Source of the DNA: an uncultured Desulfovibrionaceae bacterium | GTDB lineage: Bacteria > Desulfobacterota > Desulfovibrionia > Desulfovibrionales > Desulfovibrionaceae | Length of the DNA: 46,588 bases | Direction: 5' to 3' | Assembly: GCA_964371825.1 (NCBI GenBank) | Contig: CAYJOQ010000001.1 | Location: 1 to 46,588, forward strand | Part shown: positions 45,135-46,588 of the stretch, in pieces | Layout: each line of letters opens with the position of its first letter | Numbering within the stretch: the stretch's first letter is position 1 | Notes under the pieces: model-generated | The model's database searches: none | Seen by the model: only the letters and a program-made list of their open reading frames with translations | What the model was told of the DNA's origin: nothing | Translations under genes and position numbers: made by a program

Positions 45135-46409
45135 TTGCATATGCAAGCAACAACACGCCCTCCACAGATCTACTTAGAACAAAGCGATCAAAAGCATCGT
45201 TTTCATATTATGTTTAAGCCCATTGGCGCGCAATGCAATCTTAGATGTAGGTATTGCTATTATTTACATAAGAAAGATGTACTTTTGCAATACAAAAAAC
45301 AAGATAATGCGCAACATGCTGCTTTTACCATGAGTGATGCTACTCTTGAAGCTGTTATTGCTGCATATATTACATCTAATGAGCATGAAAATATTGTATT
45401 TTCTTGGCAAGGGGGTGAACCCACATTATTAGGAGTACCATTTTTTGAAAAAGTTGTGCGTTTACAAGCAAAGCACAATACCTTGCGCAAAAATATTGCC
45501 AATACCGTGCAAACAAATGGAACGTTACTTACCAAGGATTGGGCAAGCTTTTTAAAAGAGCATGACTTTTTGGTAGGGCTTTCCCTTGATGGACCGGAAG
45601 AGTTGCACGATATGTATCGTTTTGATTTGCAAGGTAATGGAAGCTTTGCAAAAGTTATGCGTGGTTTAGAGCATTTGCATAAAGAAAGTGTGCCCTTTAC
45701 TACATTGACAACTGTTAATAGACACAATGCTAAAAAACCTCTTGAGGTATATAATTTTCTAACACAAACTGTAGGTTCAACCTATGTTCAATTAAACCCT
45801 TGTGTAGAGCTGTTATCATTTGATAGCAAAGCTCCGCATCATTGGGATAAAACTACATTACCGCATATAAAAAATTACAAAAATTCTAATAAAGCACAAA
45901 AGTATATGACTCCATGGTCTGTGATTCCCGAAGATTGGGGATCATTTTTATGTGCTATTTTTGATACGTGGAAGGAAAGAGATTTGGGGCGTGTTTTAGT
46001 TAATTGGTTTGAAACTGCTGTGGCCCAAACGTTAAACCTTCCTGCACAAATATGTACCACAGGGCAAATTTGTGGCAAGGGAGTGGCTGTTGAGCATGAT
46101 GGCAGTGTGTATAGTTGTGATCATTATGTAAATGAAGAATACTGTCTTGGTAATATTCATACAACAGACCTAAAAAGTTTAGTTTTTTCTGCGCGTCAAC
46201 AAGCTTTTGCCTTTAAAAAACAGCGCGAACTCTCTGAACAGTGCCTGCACTGCCCTCACGGTACACTTTGCTGGGGCCAGTGCCCACGCCATCGTTTTGT
46301 ACATACTGCATATGGCGCATATCCTATAAATTATCTATGTCCTGGTTTTAAGCAATTTTATACCCATGCAAAACCATATATTAGAGCTATAGCTGAACAG
46401 TGTTTATAG
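45135..46409 (+). CDS. Anaerobic sulfatase-maturase-like radical SAM/SPASM enzyme
   Basis: 424-aa ORF (TTG at 45135; ATG at 45141). 'FHIMFKPIGAQCNLRCRYCYY', 'WQGGEPTLL', and a full SPASM signature 'DGSVYSC...CLHCPHGTLCWGQCP'. Confidence 0.85.
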   Translation: MHMQATTRPPQIYLEQSDQKHRFHIMFKPIGAQCNLRCRYCYYLHKKDVLLQYKKQDNAQHAAFTMSDATLEAVIAAYITSNEHENIVFSWQGGEPTLLGVPFFEKVVRLQAKHNTLRKNIANTVQTNGTLLTKDWASFLKEHDFLVGLSLDGPEELHDMYRFDLQGNGSFAKVMRGLEHLHKESVPFTTLTTVNRHNAKKPLEVYNFLTQTVGSTYVQLNPCVELLSFDSKAPHHWDKTTLPHIKNYKNSNKAQKYMTPWSVIPEDWGSFLCAIFDTWKERDLGRVLVNWFETAVAQTLNLPAQICTTGQICGKGVAVEHDGSVYSCDHYVNEEYCLGNIHTTDLKSLVFSARQQAFAFKKQRELSEQCLHCPHGTLCWGQCPRHRFVHTAYGAYPINYLCPGFKQFYTHAKPYIRAIAEQCL

Positions 46410-46470
46410 CACTATTTCATTAGTTTAGACTGCGAGAAATACATATTATGATCGACACTGAAAAACAAAA

Positions 46471-46588
46471 TGAGAGTCCTGCATAATTATTTTCCAATTT
46501 TATTTTTGTGCTTTTGCAATAAATTTCCTTAAATTTGAAAATTTACTTGTGCAGGACAAAAGGCACAAAAATCAATCGTTTAACTGCG
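46471..46588 (-). repeat. Family-A repeat, copy A3 (inverted; cut by window end)
   Basis: The reverse complement aligns with 10907-11025 over about 118 nt with few mismatches. 46471-46525 is an exact reverse complement of 1-55. Confidence 0.9.

Overview
AT-rich (by eye about 35-40% GC), gene-dense 46.6-kb bacterial chromosomal segment with about 27 credible CDS. I saw no rRNA, tRNA, CRISPR array, transposase or integrase. All protein family calls come from motifs I recognise in the supplied translations; no searches were run.

Layout:
(1) 76-10662, minus strand: a TolC / PrtD-type ABC / HlyD type I secretion operon whose last gene is a CHASE2-sensor nucleotidyl cyclase. Upstream of it are an MBL-GAF-HD-GYP fusion gene and a Cys-free, acidic, modular 417-aa protein that is a candidate secretion cargo.
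(2) 11082-24985, housekeeping block: phoH, a 7TM-HD PgpH-like gene and ybeY; convergent cca; then birA, pyruvate carboxylase and an unusually large PEP-synthase-like dikinase.
(3) 25102-39223: a perfect (ATA)13 microsatellite in front of an MprF-N-like flippase-domain gene. It is followed by a rhamnose-polysaccharide locus with two inverted RgpF paralogues flanking ABC exporter-GT2-rfbBAC, plus an MBOAT/AlgJ-like O-acetylation pair.
(4) 39712-46409: the most unusual part. It holds a tightly coupled operon encoding a FemAB/MprF-C-like::TraB/GumN fusion, a stand-alone paralogue of the FemAB-like module and a radical-SAM/twitch enzyme. A RibD_C-family reductase and an orphan anSME-like radical-SAM/SPASM maturase follow.

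Nearly every boundary between these blocks carries copies of three dispersed, hairpin-rich repeat families (A, B, C). Both window ends lie inside inverted copies of family A. Taxonomic origin cannot be established from the sequence alone. The large pyc and pps genes and possible sigma-54 sites would fit a low-GC Desulfovibrionaceae-like organism, but that is a guess.
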